Below, in pieces: positions 37,033-46,458 of a stretch of 64,000 bases of DNA. The stretch spans positions 5,989-69,988 of the forward strand of contig JAHIZT010000037.1 in NCBI GenBank assembly GCA_018814355.1, written 5' to 3'. The notes under the pieces were generated by a model, which saw only the letters and a program-made list of their open reading frames with translations, did no database searches and was not told the origin of the DNA. A program made the position numbers and the translations under genes. The DNA comes from Thermoplasmatota archaeon (GTDB lineage: Archaea > Thermoplasmatota > Thermoplasmata > UBA10834). Positions within the stretch are counted from its first letter, which is position 1; each line of letters starts with the position of its first letter.

Positions 37033-37661
37033 TGAAGATATACTCGATATTCAAGTCCCTCCAGGGAGAGGGCCTGACCATAGGAGCTCCGACGGCATTC
37101 GTCAGAATGTCTGGATGTCCGCTAAGATGCACCTACTGCGACACACCCCAGGCTTTCGACAAGGGCGAGCAGATGACCATAGACGAAGTGATGGGCAGGA
37201 TCGCGAAGCTCAAGTGTGCTCATGTGTGCCTCACGGGAGGCGAGCCTCTTGCTCAGAAGGATGCGCCGAAGCTGCTCAAGAGGTTGCTCGACGAAGGATA
37301 CCAGGTCGTACTTGAGACGAATGGGGCAATGCCATTGGACGATATGCCATGCTTCGAGAACCTGACCATAAGCATGGACATCAAGTGCCCGTCCTCGGGT
37401 GAAGCCGACAAGATGCTCTTCGAGAACATCGAACTACTCGGCCCTACGGACCAGCTCAAGTTCATAATCTCCGATGACACGGACTACGAGTATGCAAAAG
37501 AAATGATCGAGAAGCACTCGCCAAAGTGCGAGATCATCCTCACGCCCGTGGGGGGGAAAGATCTGAAGGCGCTTGCGGAGAAGGTCCTGAAGCAGGGCCT
37601 GAACGTCCGTGTCCTGCCACAACTGCACAAGTTCATTTGGGGAGACGAGGACAACCGCTGA
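37029..37661 (+). CDS. queE: 7-carboxy-7-deazaguanine synthase (radical SAM)
   Basis: MSGCPLRCTYCDTP radical SAM cluster, 210 aa. It overlaps queC by 4 nt. Confidence 0.9.
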   Translation: MMKIYSIFKSLQGEGLTIGAPTAFVRMSGCPLRCTYCDTPQAFDKGEQMTIDEVMGRIAKLKCAHVCLTGGEPLAQKDAPKLLKRLLDEGYQVVLETNGAMPLDDMPCFENLTISMDIKCPSSGEADKMLFENIELLGPTDQLKFIISDDTDYEYAKEMIEKHSPKCEIILTPVGGKDLKALAEKVLKQGLNVRVLPQLHKFIWGDEDNR

Positions 37662-37670
37662 CCGAATTGC

Positions 37671-39509
37671 TCATCCTCTGAACGCCGGCCGCTTGGACAG
37701 AAGTTTGGGCAAGGGCAACCTTGCCTTTGGATATCCCTTCGAGAGCTTCGCAATCTCCTCATTCAGCTGCTCCAAGGTCATGAGAATCTGCTCCCCGCTG
37801 CGCATCCTCACAGGCAACTTGCCTGAGCCCTTCTCTTTCTCGCCGACGACGATGATCATGTTGATCCACTCCATCTCGGCGTTTCGGATCTTCTTGCCCA
37901 CCTTGTCGTCCATGTCGTCGACGTCGACTCTGGCATCCACCCCGTCCGCTATCTTGAGGCAGTCTTCCACGAACTCCTGGCCCACCGGTATCATCCTAAT
38001 CTGAGTCGGAGAGAGCCAGAACGGGAGCGCAGGTTTGTCGTGTTTGAGCGCCTCCTCGAGAAGGACGTAAATCCACCTCTCTATCGATCCTATGGATGAG
38101 TGGCAGATGATGCATCCTTTCTTCTTGCCGTCGGTGTAGGTGTAGACTATCCCATATCTCTCTGCATCATCGACGTCAAGCTGTACAGTACTGAGCTGCA
38201 CAGCACCTCCAACCGAGTCGATCCCCTGGAACTCGTGCTTCACCGCCCAGTAATGCTTCATCTCGGACAGGACCTCAATGAGCGCGGGTCTCTTCGAGTA
38301 TCTTAGAAGCTCAATGAGGTTGCTCTTGTACTTGTTGTAGAACTCCTTCACAATCCTGAATGCGACTGCATACTCGACGCCTGTGGCGTCCGCAAGATCG
38401 GAGTAGTTCCTGTAGAGCATCATGTACTCCTTCCAGCCGTCCTCGATGTCCTTTGTGAAGCAGTGGACGTCGGGCATGTGGAAAGCTCTCAGTCTCTTCA
38501 GTCCAGTCAGCTCACCGCGCTGTTCTAGCCTGAAGCTCTTAGAGAACTCGTAAACCCTGAGGGGCAGATTCCTGTAGCTGAGCGTCGCCCCCTTCATCAT
38601 CCTGAACAGTCCGAAATCCCCAGCGAAGCGCAAGACAAATTCGCGGTTCTCTTCAGTCTTGAGTGTGTAGTGTCTCTCGTGGAAGGACATTCCCTGGCTC
38701 CTGATGTCCGGGAATGACCAGTCGTACAAGATCGGCGTGTCTATCTGGATGGCGCCAATCCGGTCCACCGCTATTGCCTGCGCCCAAGCCTCAAGAAGGC
38801 TGAAGACCAGATGTCCCTTCGGGAACATCCTGAAATGCCCTCTGTCGCTGGCCTCCTCGTAATCCACCAGCTCCAGTTTCTGCATGGCCTTGATCGATGG
38901 TGGCTCTTTGCCTTTGCCACGTCCAATCTCCTCTGAGAATATGAAAGTCTTTAGCGACGGATACTTCTCCAGGACCGCAAGGGAGTCGATGTCCCCCATG
39001 TCAATGGGGTATTCCTCACCCTCGGGAGTCAGTATGTAGAAATCGTGGGAGATCTTCTCCACGACTTCCTCCCTGGTCATCTTCTTTTCCGCTGTGAACT
39101 CCCTGGATAGCTCGGAGAGTGGGTGCCCCTTGCACTTGATTTCGAAACCCTTGTACCATCCGAAGGGCGACCTGTGGACCTCGATTCCCTTTGCCTTGAT
39201 CGCCTCCTCTGTCGCCTTCAGCACGTCAACTGCCAATTTGGGGGATGCAAGGCTCCGACTCAAGTGGGCATACGGATAGAGAACCATCCTCTCTGCTCTG
39301 ACCTTTGTGAACACGTCCTGGAAATCCGCGGCCGCAGCCTCCGCTATTGCGACCATGTCATTGTCTGAAGACTCGATTGTGGAGAACGCCACCAGTACTT
39401 CCTTGAACGAATGCACTTTCGGGTGATTCTCAGGCAGCGGCTCAGCCATTTTGGTGGGTTCTTTGATCTCGTATTCGAACTTGTCAGCATGTATGAGGAG
39501 TACCCTCAT
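37671..39509 (-). CDS. thrS: Threonyl-tRNA synthetase, archaeal type with N-terminal editing domain
   Basis: An archaeal ThrRS editing-domain N-terminus (MRVLLIHADKFEYEI...) followed by a class II core and anticodon-binding domain. The start was trimmed to MRVLLIH. Confidence 0.95.
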   Translation of the reverse strand: MRVLLIHADKFEYEIKEPTKMAEPLPENHPKVHSFKEVLVAFSTIESSDNDMVAIAEAAAADFQDVFTKVRAERMVLYPYAHLSRSLASPKLAVDVLKATEEAIKAKGIEVHRSPFGWYKGFEIKCKGHPLSELSREFTAEKKMTREEVVEKISHDFYILTPEGEEYPIDMGDIDSLAVLEKYPSLKTFIFSEEIGRGKGKEPPSIKAMQKLELVDYEEASDRGHFRMFPKGHLVFSLLEAWAQAIAVDRIGAIQIDTPILYDWSFPDIRSQGMSFHERHYTLKTEENREFVLRFAGDFGLFRMMKGATLSYRNLPLRVYEFSKSFRLEQRGELTGLKRLRAFHMPDVHCFTKDIEDGWKEYMMLYRNYSDLADATGVEYAVAFRIVKEFYNKYKSNLIELLRYSKRPALIEVLSEMKHYWAVKHEFQGIDSVGGAVQLSTVQLDVDDAERYGIVYTYTDGKKKGCIICHSSIGSIERWIYVLLEEALKHDKPALPFWLSPTQIRMIPVGQEFVEDCLKIADGVDARVDVDDMDDKVGKKIRNAEMEWINMIIVVGEKEKGSGKLPVRMRSGEQILMTLEQLNEEIAKLSKGYPKARLPLPKLLSKRPAFRG

Positions 39510-39660
39510 GGGACATCGCCGTCGAAATGGATGGAAGAGTATTAAAAGGGTGCACAGAATGGCCAATGGCTTGTCATCCTAGGCCCACCGCGAAATAATA
39601 AGGTCGACTGGTTCATACGGGTCAGGATAGAACAGAGATGTAGGAATAGGAGGGACCCCA

Positions 39661-40800
39661 ATGGAGCAGAGGGAGAGGAAGCTGGCTGTGAAGGACCAGC
39701 CGCCGATTCAAGAGTCAGCGGCAAGATCAGTGCCCAACAAGACCGCAGAGAGCTGTGATCTCAAATCTCCGCGAGCCGTGTGCGTTGCCCTTCCACATTC
39801 CGGAAAACCGGTCAGGGTCCTCGGGGACTCCCCGACCGAGTTCATTTCCACGCTCCAGAAGTCGACCCTCGCCTGGATTAACTTCACTGTCACGGACCTC
39901 GGCAAGGATGGCTCTGAGATAGCGACCATGCTGGGGTTCAGTGCATCTTTGGTGCCCGAGGTGCTCAAGGGTTACCACGCGGACTACGTTGACAGAGAGA
40001 CTGAGATCGGCATAATGGTCCCAGTTGTGAAGATTCAGAAACTCGATCTCAAATCGTACCCCCTCCTGATATTGGTCAGGAAAGATCTCATAGTGACGAT
40101 ACACAGCCAGGAGGTCATAAGACTCGTCCAGTTCTCCAGGTATGCCGACGTCTACATGAGGAAGCTGCCAGAGAGCATGCCCCTCGAGGACAAGCTCACA
40201 AGGATGCTCGTCCGGATACTGGACGAAAACAATTCGAGGAACTTCGAGTACCTTAGGGAGATTGAGGAGCAAGGGGACGGCATGAGCCAGCTTCTCCTTG
40301 ATCCTGCCACCCCAAGGTTGGAGATCGGGAAGAAGATCTACGAACTCAAGCACACTCTGATCACGTACCTGAACACTCTCTGGCGGACCTTGGATGTCCT
40401 TCACTCATTGAGATACGGTGATGCCGCCCTGGTCTCAGACAATCCCAAGACCCTGGCTCAGATCACGCTATTGGTCGAAGATCTCAACAGACAGATATCC
40501 TTGAGCGAGCACATGTCTGAGGTGCTCGCTTCTGGGCTGGAAGTGCTTCAGGCCTTGTACAACAATCAGCTCCAGATCCTGAACAACAGGATGGCGCTGA
40601 CAATAACCTGGCTGACGGTTCTGGGCACCGCTGTGCTCGTTCCCAACACGCTAGCAACAATATTCGGTTACGTGTTCAACCTAGAAGGGAGGTGGCAGAT
40701 ATGGACGCTCTCCGTGTTGGCGTTCGCCACGGTCGGCTCCACATTCCTTGCGTACTGGTGGGTCAAGCGCTGGGTACAGCTGCCCAGAAGCCAGGAGTAG
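39661..40800 (+). CDS. CorA-family divalent cation transporter with non-canonical pore motif
   Basis: A cytoplasmic alpha/beta domain and two C-terminal TM helices. The canonical YGMNF loop is replaced by GYVFN. GGAGG lies 7 nt upstream. Confidence 0.6.
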   Translation: MEQRERKLAVKDQPPIQESAARSVPNKTAESCDLKSPRAVCVALPHSGKPVRVLGDSPTEFISTLQKSTLAWINFTVTDLGKDGSEIATMLGFSASLVPEVLKGYHADYVDRETEIGIMVPVVKIQKLDLKSYPLLILVRKDLIVTIHSQEVIRLVQFSRYADVYMRKLPESMPLEDKLTRMLVRILDENNSRNFEYLREIEEQGDGMSQLLLDPATPRLEIGKKIYELKHTLITYLNTLWRTLDVLHSLRYGDAALVSDNPKTLAQITLLVEDLNRQISLSEHMSEVLASGLEVLQALYNNQLQILNNRMALTITWLTVLGTAVLVPNTLATIFGYVFNLEGRWQIWTLSVLAFATVGSTFLAYWWVKRWVQLPRSQE

Positions 40801-40874
40801 TCTTGCAGGTAGCTGGCCCGAACCACACATCGAAACTCTTTTTATTCTAGTCCCTTCATAGGGGAGTAGAGTGT

Positions 40875-41258
40875 GTGACTTTGAAGGAATTCGATGTCTA
40901 CGTCCAGAACAAGCCAGGAGAGCTGGCAAAGGTCTGTGAAATGCTCGGCAACCACGGAGTGAACATCAAGGCAATCGCGAGTGAGCGTGGCAACGCCCGG
41001 CCTATGATACGCATCGTCACAGACGATGAGACGACTGCAAAGTCGACGCTGGTGCGCTCAGGGCTCTCCTACGACCTGAGGGACGTCATAGCCGTCAAGA
41101 TGACCGACAGGCCGGGGGAACTGGGGAAGATTGCCAGGAAGCTCGCCAAGGCGATGGTCAATGTTGACTCGATCTACATCATTGGAAAGGATGGTGGCAC
41201 GACCGACATCGCTTTCACAGTCGACAACATCCAGAAGGCTGAGAATGCCCTGAAATGA
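40875..41258 (+). CDS. Tandem ACT-domain protein
   Basis: Two ACT-like beta-alpha-beta-beta-alpha-beta repeats (VYVQNKPGELAKV... and VKMTDRPGELGKI...). Confidence 0.65.
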   Translation: MTLKEFDVYVQNKPGELAKVCEMLGNHGVNIKAIASERGNARPMIRIVTDDETTAKSTLVRSGLSYDLRDVIAVKMTDRPGELGKIARKLAKAMVNVDSIYIIGKDGGTTDIAFTVDNIQKAENALK

Positions 41259-41285
41259 GGTTTCTGTTCCTGGGGAACTGCCTCG

Positions 41286-41663
41286 TCAATCCAAGCTCTT
41301 TACTCGTCTGACCAGGATCTCCTCTAGGATGTTCCGGGCATCTCTCACTTTTGCCAGTTCCTCGTGAGTAAGGTCTAGCCTAAGGAGATGTGACCAGATC
41401 TTTGAGAGCGCGTGGTATGACTCCATTATCAATTCGATGTCCTCATCGGACTCCTTTGGAGTTTCCGGTTTCTCATCCTCGATTGGACGGTAGAAGACGT
41501 TCCTCCCGATCTTCGTTCTGGTCACTGCGGCTTTCTTCTCAAGCTTCTGCAATGCCTGGGTGGCGCCCGATTGGGTGATTCCAAGCTCAGCGGCCAGCAA
41601 CGTTGGCGAATGGATGCCCTTGCGGAGGACATCTAGTATCTCCATCTCTCTCGGAGTGAGCAT
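41286..41663 (-). CDS. Winged-helix transcriptional regulator (MarR/ArsR/TrmB-like)
   Basis: An HTH (TLLAAELGITQSGATQALQKLEKK) within a 125 aa protein. Confidence 0.55.
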   Translation of the reverse strand: MLTPREMEILDVLRKGIHSPTLLAAELGITQSGATQALQKLEKKAAVTRTKIGRNVFYRPIEDEKPETPKESDEDIELIMESYHALSKIWSHLLRLDLTHEELAKVRDARNILEEILVRRVKSLD

Positions 41664-41864
41664 GCTCTACATCCATAAGTCATGTATTAGTATGTGCTAA
41701 TGTACGCTTATGTTTCCTTATTGGTCAACTTAGAGGTTGTTAAAGTCTTCAATCATAATATACCTTCGCACATCTCACTGGCCTTGTGAATCCATACACC
41801 TGAACCTTTATGTCAGCGATACTAATGTGTCCCATGCAAAGGATAGCTGCCAAGATGCGGCCTA

Positions 41865-42419
41865 TTGTCGACCTCCCTTGTCCCGGAAAAACCAAGTCTA
41901 TTCGTTCACCATACGTTTGTCTATCCCTATGTGGAACGCATCCTTCGGAAATCCGTTGTTGTCAATGCAAGCCTGAGCGATGTCTGGAGGTCTTGGACTA
42001 CGTCCAAGGGCGCGGAGACGTTTCTTGCACCCAAGGCCAGGATATTGCTGAACATGGGCGGAGAATACGAGATACTCTTCGATCCAGACGCCCAACCTGG
42101 GTCCCGAGGAGCTGAGGACCTTAAGATCCTCAGCTATGTCCCGGAAGAGATGCTTTCCTTCGAATGGAGGGCCCCTCCGGAGTTCTCGGAGATCCGAAAG
42201 GAGAAGAGCTGGGTTGTGGTGCAGCTGGATGAGGTTGGCAGGAAGAAGGTACGAGTCACGCTCTCGCATCTCGGTTGGAAAGAAGGCGGCGATTGGAATG
42301 CGGCTTACAAGTACTTCGATCGTGCGTGGGACTTGGTCCTTGCTCGTCTGAAGTACTCGTTCCCGCACGGCCCGTTGGATTGGAGAGATCCCTACAGGCC
42401 TCGCAAACAAAGAAAGTAA
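41865..42419 (+). CDS. SRPBCC-superfamily protein (AHSA1/Aha1-like)
   Basis: Size and pattern resemble the Activator-of-Hsp90-ATPase homolog fold. The start is uncertain. Confidence 0.5.
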   Translation: MSTSLVPEKPSLFVHHTFVYPYVERILRKSVVVNASLSDVWRSWTTSKGAETFLAPKARILLNMGGEYEILFDPDAQPGSRGAEDLKILSYVPEEMLSFEWRAPPEFSEIRKEKSWVVVQLDEVGRKKVRVTLSHLGWKEGGDWNAAYKYFDRAWDLVLARLKYSFPHGPLDWRDPYRPRKQRK

Positions 42420-42422
42420 TCG

Positions 42423-43031
42423 CTAGTCGAGGAGGACTAGTCCGGTCCACCTGACCTTCGCTTTCGATGACAACTTGACCGGTATTCCCGCCTTCTCGCA
42501 GGTCTTGATCACGTCTATCCCCATTGCTTGCATCGATGGTCTGGCTTCAAACGGGTGCCTACACGGTCGGGTTCCTTTCTGTGATACGCACTCCTGGCAG
42601 AGCAGGCATTCACTTCCAATGAAGCCAGCTGCCAGGTAGCAACCCTCTTTGAACGCCGCAGCCTCAGCTCGATTGACAATTTCATGAAGGCGAAGCTCAC
42701 ATCTGTCGGTGCTAGTCCCGCTCTTCAACTCCTTGATAAGGTCCTTTCCAAGGGGCTTCTTGGATTTGTCAGTTGAATCAATCTCAGATTCCAGCTGGAT
42801 CAAGAGCGCGCGCTTGTACCGACTCAAGGCATCCTGGAATTCCTCGACTGACATGAGGTTTGGGGGACAGAGCAAGTGTTTGCCGAAGTTCTCGCAGATT
42901 GGGACCATGCACTTCAATCTCACTCTCCTGTCCACCACTATGTCCTTCGATGGAATGATCTTGGCATTCGTGGCTCCGCGGTCCCTCACGATTCTGACAA
43001 GACGGTCCAATTCTCGGTCTGCCTTCCTCAA
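42423..43031 (-). CDS. DUF2284-family predicted metal-binding protein
   Basis: Cys-rich (CMVPICENFGKHLLCPP..., CLLCQECV...CRHP), 202 aa. Confidence 0.5.
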   Translation of the reverse strand: MRKADRELDRLVRIVRDRGATNAKIIPSKDIVVDRRVRLKCMVPICENFGKHLLCPPNLMSVEEFQDALSRYKRALLIQLESEIDSTDKSKKPLGKDLIKELKSGTSTDRCELRLHEIVNRAEAAAFKEGCYLAAGFIGSECLLCQECVSQKGTRPCRHPFEARPSMQAMGIDVIKTCEKAGIPVKLSSKAKVRWTGLVLLD

Positions 43032-43078
43032 CAGCCATCACCATCCATCAGGTCAGAGTGGTCGCTCTGGACTACAAC

Positions 43079-44572
43079 TCATTCAGTTTCCTTGGGCTTG
43101 TCCTCGGATGCCTCTTCTTTTGCTGGTTGCTCTGCTGGCCCGCTGATAGCTGCAAGAAGCTCCTCGGTCTCCATCCTCTTCTTCTTCGGGATCGAGCCTG
43201 GTACGAGGATGTCCATGAACTTCTCGAAGTAATTCTTCTCTGTGAGTATCTCTTCTCTAGTGAGCTCCAGGCCGGCCACTGCTGCTATCGATTCAGTGCC
43301 GAGCCCGAATGACTGCGCTCTTAGGTTGACCAGATCCTTGCCGAGGCGCTTCTCGTGCTCATCGAGGATGTTCCCTATCCTCTCGAATGCGAGGTCCTTC
43401 AGCATCTTCTCTAGGAACACTATCTGCTCTTCCTTGCTCTTCTTCGAGAGAAGCATCAAGGCCGCTTCGTGTTTGAAATCCAGCCTCGCACCAGCGTGGT
43501 CTTCATCCGTCCTTGATATCCAGAGGAGCGGGTGCTCAGGCGCGTTGAATATCACCTTCTCGGGAACCAGTGAGTCGGCTGATATCTTGACTGCTGGATC
43601 GCCCGAGGAGTGGTAGACCGCATAGAAGCTCATCCTCTCCAGGAAGTTGATCTCCAGGAAGTCCTTCCTGTTCTTCTCCACGATCGTCGGGTTCTCCTTT
43701 GCGACCTGCTCCAGGATGGAGGCCGGAGATGCGTCAGGTTTCTTGTCGCCCAGGTAGCGCGAGATTCCCATGACGCATCTTAGCGGTTCGTATGTGCGCG
43801 TCATCCAGAAAGAGGGCGGAAAGCTCATCCAAGACTTCTTCTTGCCTGGTTCCTCTTTCGTCAACTTAAGTTTCGAGAACGAGAAAGTGGAGAACTGATA
43901 CCTGATCAGCTCCTTGTCCTTCTCGAGCACCCCGGCAGGAATGCCCTCCTTAGCTACGATCCTGTCGGCCCAGAAGCCGAGTTCAGACCTCAGCTTGGGC
44001 CTGCTCGTGGAGCCCTCCACGCCGATGTGACTCAGGATCTCCCTCCTTGTAGGAGTGATTAGCCAGCTGAGCCACAAAACAAGCGATTTCGGGGTGTCGA
44101 TGTAAGGCACCGGCAAGATGGTGTGGTCCGCCGCCGTCCCCCAGCCAGGCAGGACTGCCTGCCCGGGGGTGTGAGAGTATGATCTGTCCAGATAGGCGAT
44201 CAGGGCGACATCTTCCGTCTTCTCGAATGGTTCCCTAATTGGCGCCGGTTCGATCCTGAGATCCGAGTTGAGGAAGTAGTAGTTCTGTCTCTTTGAGTTA
44301 ATTGGGATGAGGACTCCGCAATCAACTCCCTTACCGAGGAGGGTCCGCATCTGGACGCTGCTCTTGTCTTTCAACTGTCTTGTCTGAGCGCTCAGAGACA
44401 ATCTCCTCATGGAATCTGTCAGCGGGCTCTTCTCAATCTCCCGTCTTGTGAGCGGCTGCTTGTGCAGCAGAGCGTATACGACCGCTCTCGAGACGTTGTT
44501 CGTCAAGAACTCACCGATCTCTATTGTCTTCTCTTTCTGAAGAGGTGTAATTTGCTGAGTCATCCCATCCAC
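43079..44572 (-). CDS. Uncharacterised 497-aa cytoplasmic protein with an N-terminal wHTH-like segment and acidic/lysine-rich C-terminus
   Basis: A long clean ORF with no recognisable catalytic motif, and G+C lower than its neighbours. Confidence 0.55.
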   Translation of the reverse strand: MDGMTQQITPLQKEKTIEIGEFLTNNVSRAVVYALLHKQPLTRREIEKSPLTDSMRRLSLSAQTRQLKDKSSVQMRTLLGKGVDCGVLIPINSKRQNYYFLNSDLRIEPAPIREPFEKTEDVALIAYLDRSYSHTPGQAVLPGWGTAADHTILPVPYIDTPKSLVLWLSWLITPTRREILSHIGVEGSTSRPKLRSELGFWADRIVAKEGIPAGVLEKDKELIRYQFSTFSFSKLKLTKEEPGKKKSWMSFPPSFWMTRTYEPLRCVMGISRYLGDKKPDASPASILEQVAKENPTIVEKNRKDFLEINFLERMSFYAVYHSSGDPAVKISADSLVPEKVIFNAPEHPLLWISRTDEDHAGARLDFKHEAALMLLSKKSKEEQIVFLEKMLKDLAFERIGNILDEHEKRLGKDLVNLRAQSFGLGTESIAAVAGLELTREEILTEKNYFEKFMDILVPGSIPKKKRMETEELLAAISGPAEQPAKEEASEDKPKETE

Positions 44573-44851
44573 CCGGCTGTCCCTATTTGGTTCAAATCAC
44601 TTTATGTCTACTTATAACTATGCTCAAAAAGCGACTTGGATGTCTGCATGTGCTTTCTTTGCTCCGTCCCTCATCCCAGCATTGATCGAATCAGATCCAA
44701 GAGCAACGGCCAACCCAGTCCGTGTGACCTTGGTACTCATCATAGCATGTGCGGCCTGTAGCTCAGCCGTTGGGTTGATTGGAGCCTGCCAGATCGACGC
44801 GAAGCTACCGGGTTGATGCTGGTCGCCAATGAACTGAACGACGAGCCGAGA

Positions 44852-45973
44852 TCAACCTGAGGCGACAACGTCCGCGACTGCATTCCCGACCTTGGACGTA
44901 GGTGTCTTCCCACCGATGTCCGGGGTCTTGAACTTCCCGGTCTTGAGCACGGTCTGAACGGCCGTCTCGACATCCTTCGCGGCCTCCTTATGGCCGAGCG
45001 TCTCAAGCATCAGACCAGATGCCAGTATGGCGCCGACCGGGTTGGCCATTTGTTTTCCCGCTATGTCAGGGGCTGAACCATGCACGGGCTCGAACATGCT
45101 CACACCCGAGGGGTTTATGTTCCCCGAGGGCGCAAACCCGAGCCCTCCCTGGAGTGCGGCACCGAGGTCCGTCAATATGTCGCCGAACAGATTGGGCGCG
45201 ACTATGAGCTTGAACCTTTCTGGGTTCCTCACCATGTGGAGAGCAACGGCATCGACGTACTGGAACTCCTTGTCGATGCCATGTTTCTTCGATGCCTCAT
45301 CTGCGGCCTCTCGCCACAGGCCATAGATCTCTGTCAGGACATTCGCCTTGTCGACGGAGGTCACGAGGTTGAATCCCTTGCTCTTCGCCAGCTGGAATGC
45401 GTACTCCATGATCCTCCTGGCGCCCTGCCCAGTGATTACACCTATCTGGAACGCGAGCTCTTCCTCGTCCTTCAGGTCGATGCCAACATCGAACCTGGCC
45501 TCGTACGCCCGCCTGATCATTGACAGCGAGGTCTTGGACAATCCCTTCTGGACTCTTCCTCCTATGCCGACGTAGAAATCCTCGGTGTTCTCGCGGACGA
45601 ATTGGATGTCGATTCTCTGCTTCTGATTTGCGAGAGGTGATGGTACCCCCTCGAGCAGTTTGATTGGTCTTAGGTTGACATACTGGTCGAAGTGGAACCT
45701 GAGCCGGAGAAGGATCCCTTTCTCCAGGATACCTGGTCTGACCCTCGGGTCGCCCATGGCGCCGAGAAGGATCGCGTCCTTCCTCGAGAGCCTCTGGATG
45801 GTTTCATCCGAAAGGATCTCCCCGGTCTTGAGATAGTGGCCTGCGCCCAGCGGGAACTCCTCGAACTCGAGATCGAGGCGCCTCTTCTCAGACACAGCGT
45901 CCAGGACTTTCCTCGCCTCCCCGATCACTTCCGGGCCGACGCCGTCGCCCGGGATGACCCCTATTCTCTGCAA
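44852..45973 (-). CDS. leuB: 3-isopropylmalate dehydrogenase (isocitrate/isopropylmalate dehydrogenase family)
   Basis: [16 protein letters not shown]..., Mg/NAD-binding motifs, and a leuCD-adjacent context. Confidence 0.85.
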   Translation of the reverse strand: MQRIGVIPGDGVGPEVIGEARKVLDAVSEKRRLDLEFEEFPLGAGHYLKTGEILSDETIQRLSRKDAILLGAMGDPRVRPGILEKGILLRLRFHFDQYVNLRPIKLLEGVPSPLANQKQRIDIQFVRENTEDFYVGIGGRVQKGLSKTSLSMIRRAYEARFDVGIDLKDEEELAFQIGVITGQGARRIMEYAFQLAKSKGFNLVTSVDKANVLTEIYGLWREAADEASKKHGIDKEFQYVDAVALHMVRNPERFKLIVAPNLFGDILTDLGAALQGGLGFAPSGNINPSGVSMFEPVHGSAPDIAGKQMANPVGAILASGLMLETLGHKEAAKDVETAVQTVLKTGKFKTPDIGGKTPTSKVGNAVADVVASG

Positions 45974-46458
45974 CCCAACATCTCCTTCGTGTACGGGACC
46001 AGGCCACCCTTCTCTATTAGCATCATGACGAAGGGTGGGTACTTCGCGAACACAGCACTGTTTCCAGTGGTGAGGTTGTCCACGGACCCGTTCTTCAGGT
46101 CCACAGCGATGATGTCTCCATCCGAGGCATGGATTGATGCCTCTATGACTGGCAAGCCTATGTTGATAGCGTTCCTGAAGAAGATTCTGGCGAACGATTC
46201 GGCGACGACGCAGGATATCCCGACACCGATGAGCGCCCTCGGGGCATGCTCCCTGCTGGATCCACAGCCGAAGTTCCTTCCCGCGACCAGGACGTCTCCT
46301 CGATTGACTCTTTTCACGAACTGAGGCCGCGCATCCTCGAACGCATGCTTCGCGAGCTCAGCATTGTTCATTGTGACCAGGTACTTGGCAGGGATTATCT
46401 GATCCGTGTCCACATTGTGGTCGAAGACCCAAGCCTTCCCCTTGAAGGAATCGTTCAT
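45961..46458 (-). CDS. leuD: 3-isopropylmalate dehydratase small subunit
   Basis: Aconitase swivel-domain pattern, 165 aa, overlapping leuB and leuC. Confidence 0.9.
   Translation of the reverse strand: MNDSFKGKAWVFDHNVDTDQIIPAKYLVTMNNAELAKHAFEDARPQFVKRVNRGDVLVAGRNFGCGSSREHAPRALIGVGISCVVAESFARIFFRNAINIGLPVIEASIHASDGDIIAVDLKNGSVDNLTTGNSAVFAKYPPFVMMLIEKGGLVPYTKEMLGCRE

Noticed and set aside
44604-44816. 70-aa plus-strand ORF (MSTYNYAQKATWMSACAFF...) in the leuB / 497-aa-gene spacer as a possible small membrane protein
   Set aside because: It coincides with the tRNA-like remnant and the promoter region of the 497-aa gene. The hydrophobicity probably reflects GC/T-rich tRNA-like sequence rather than a real gene.
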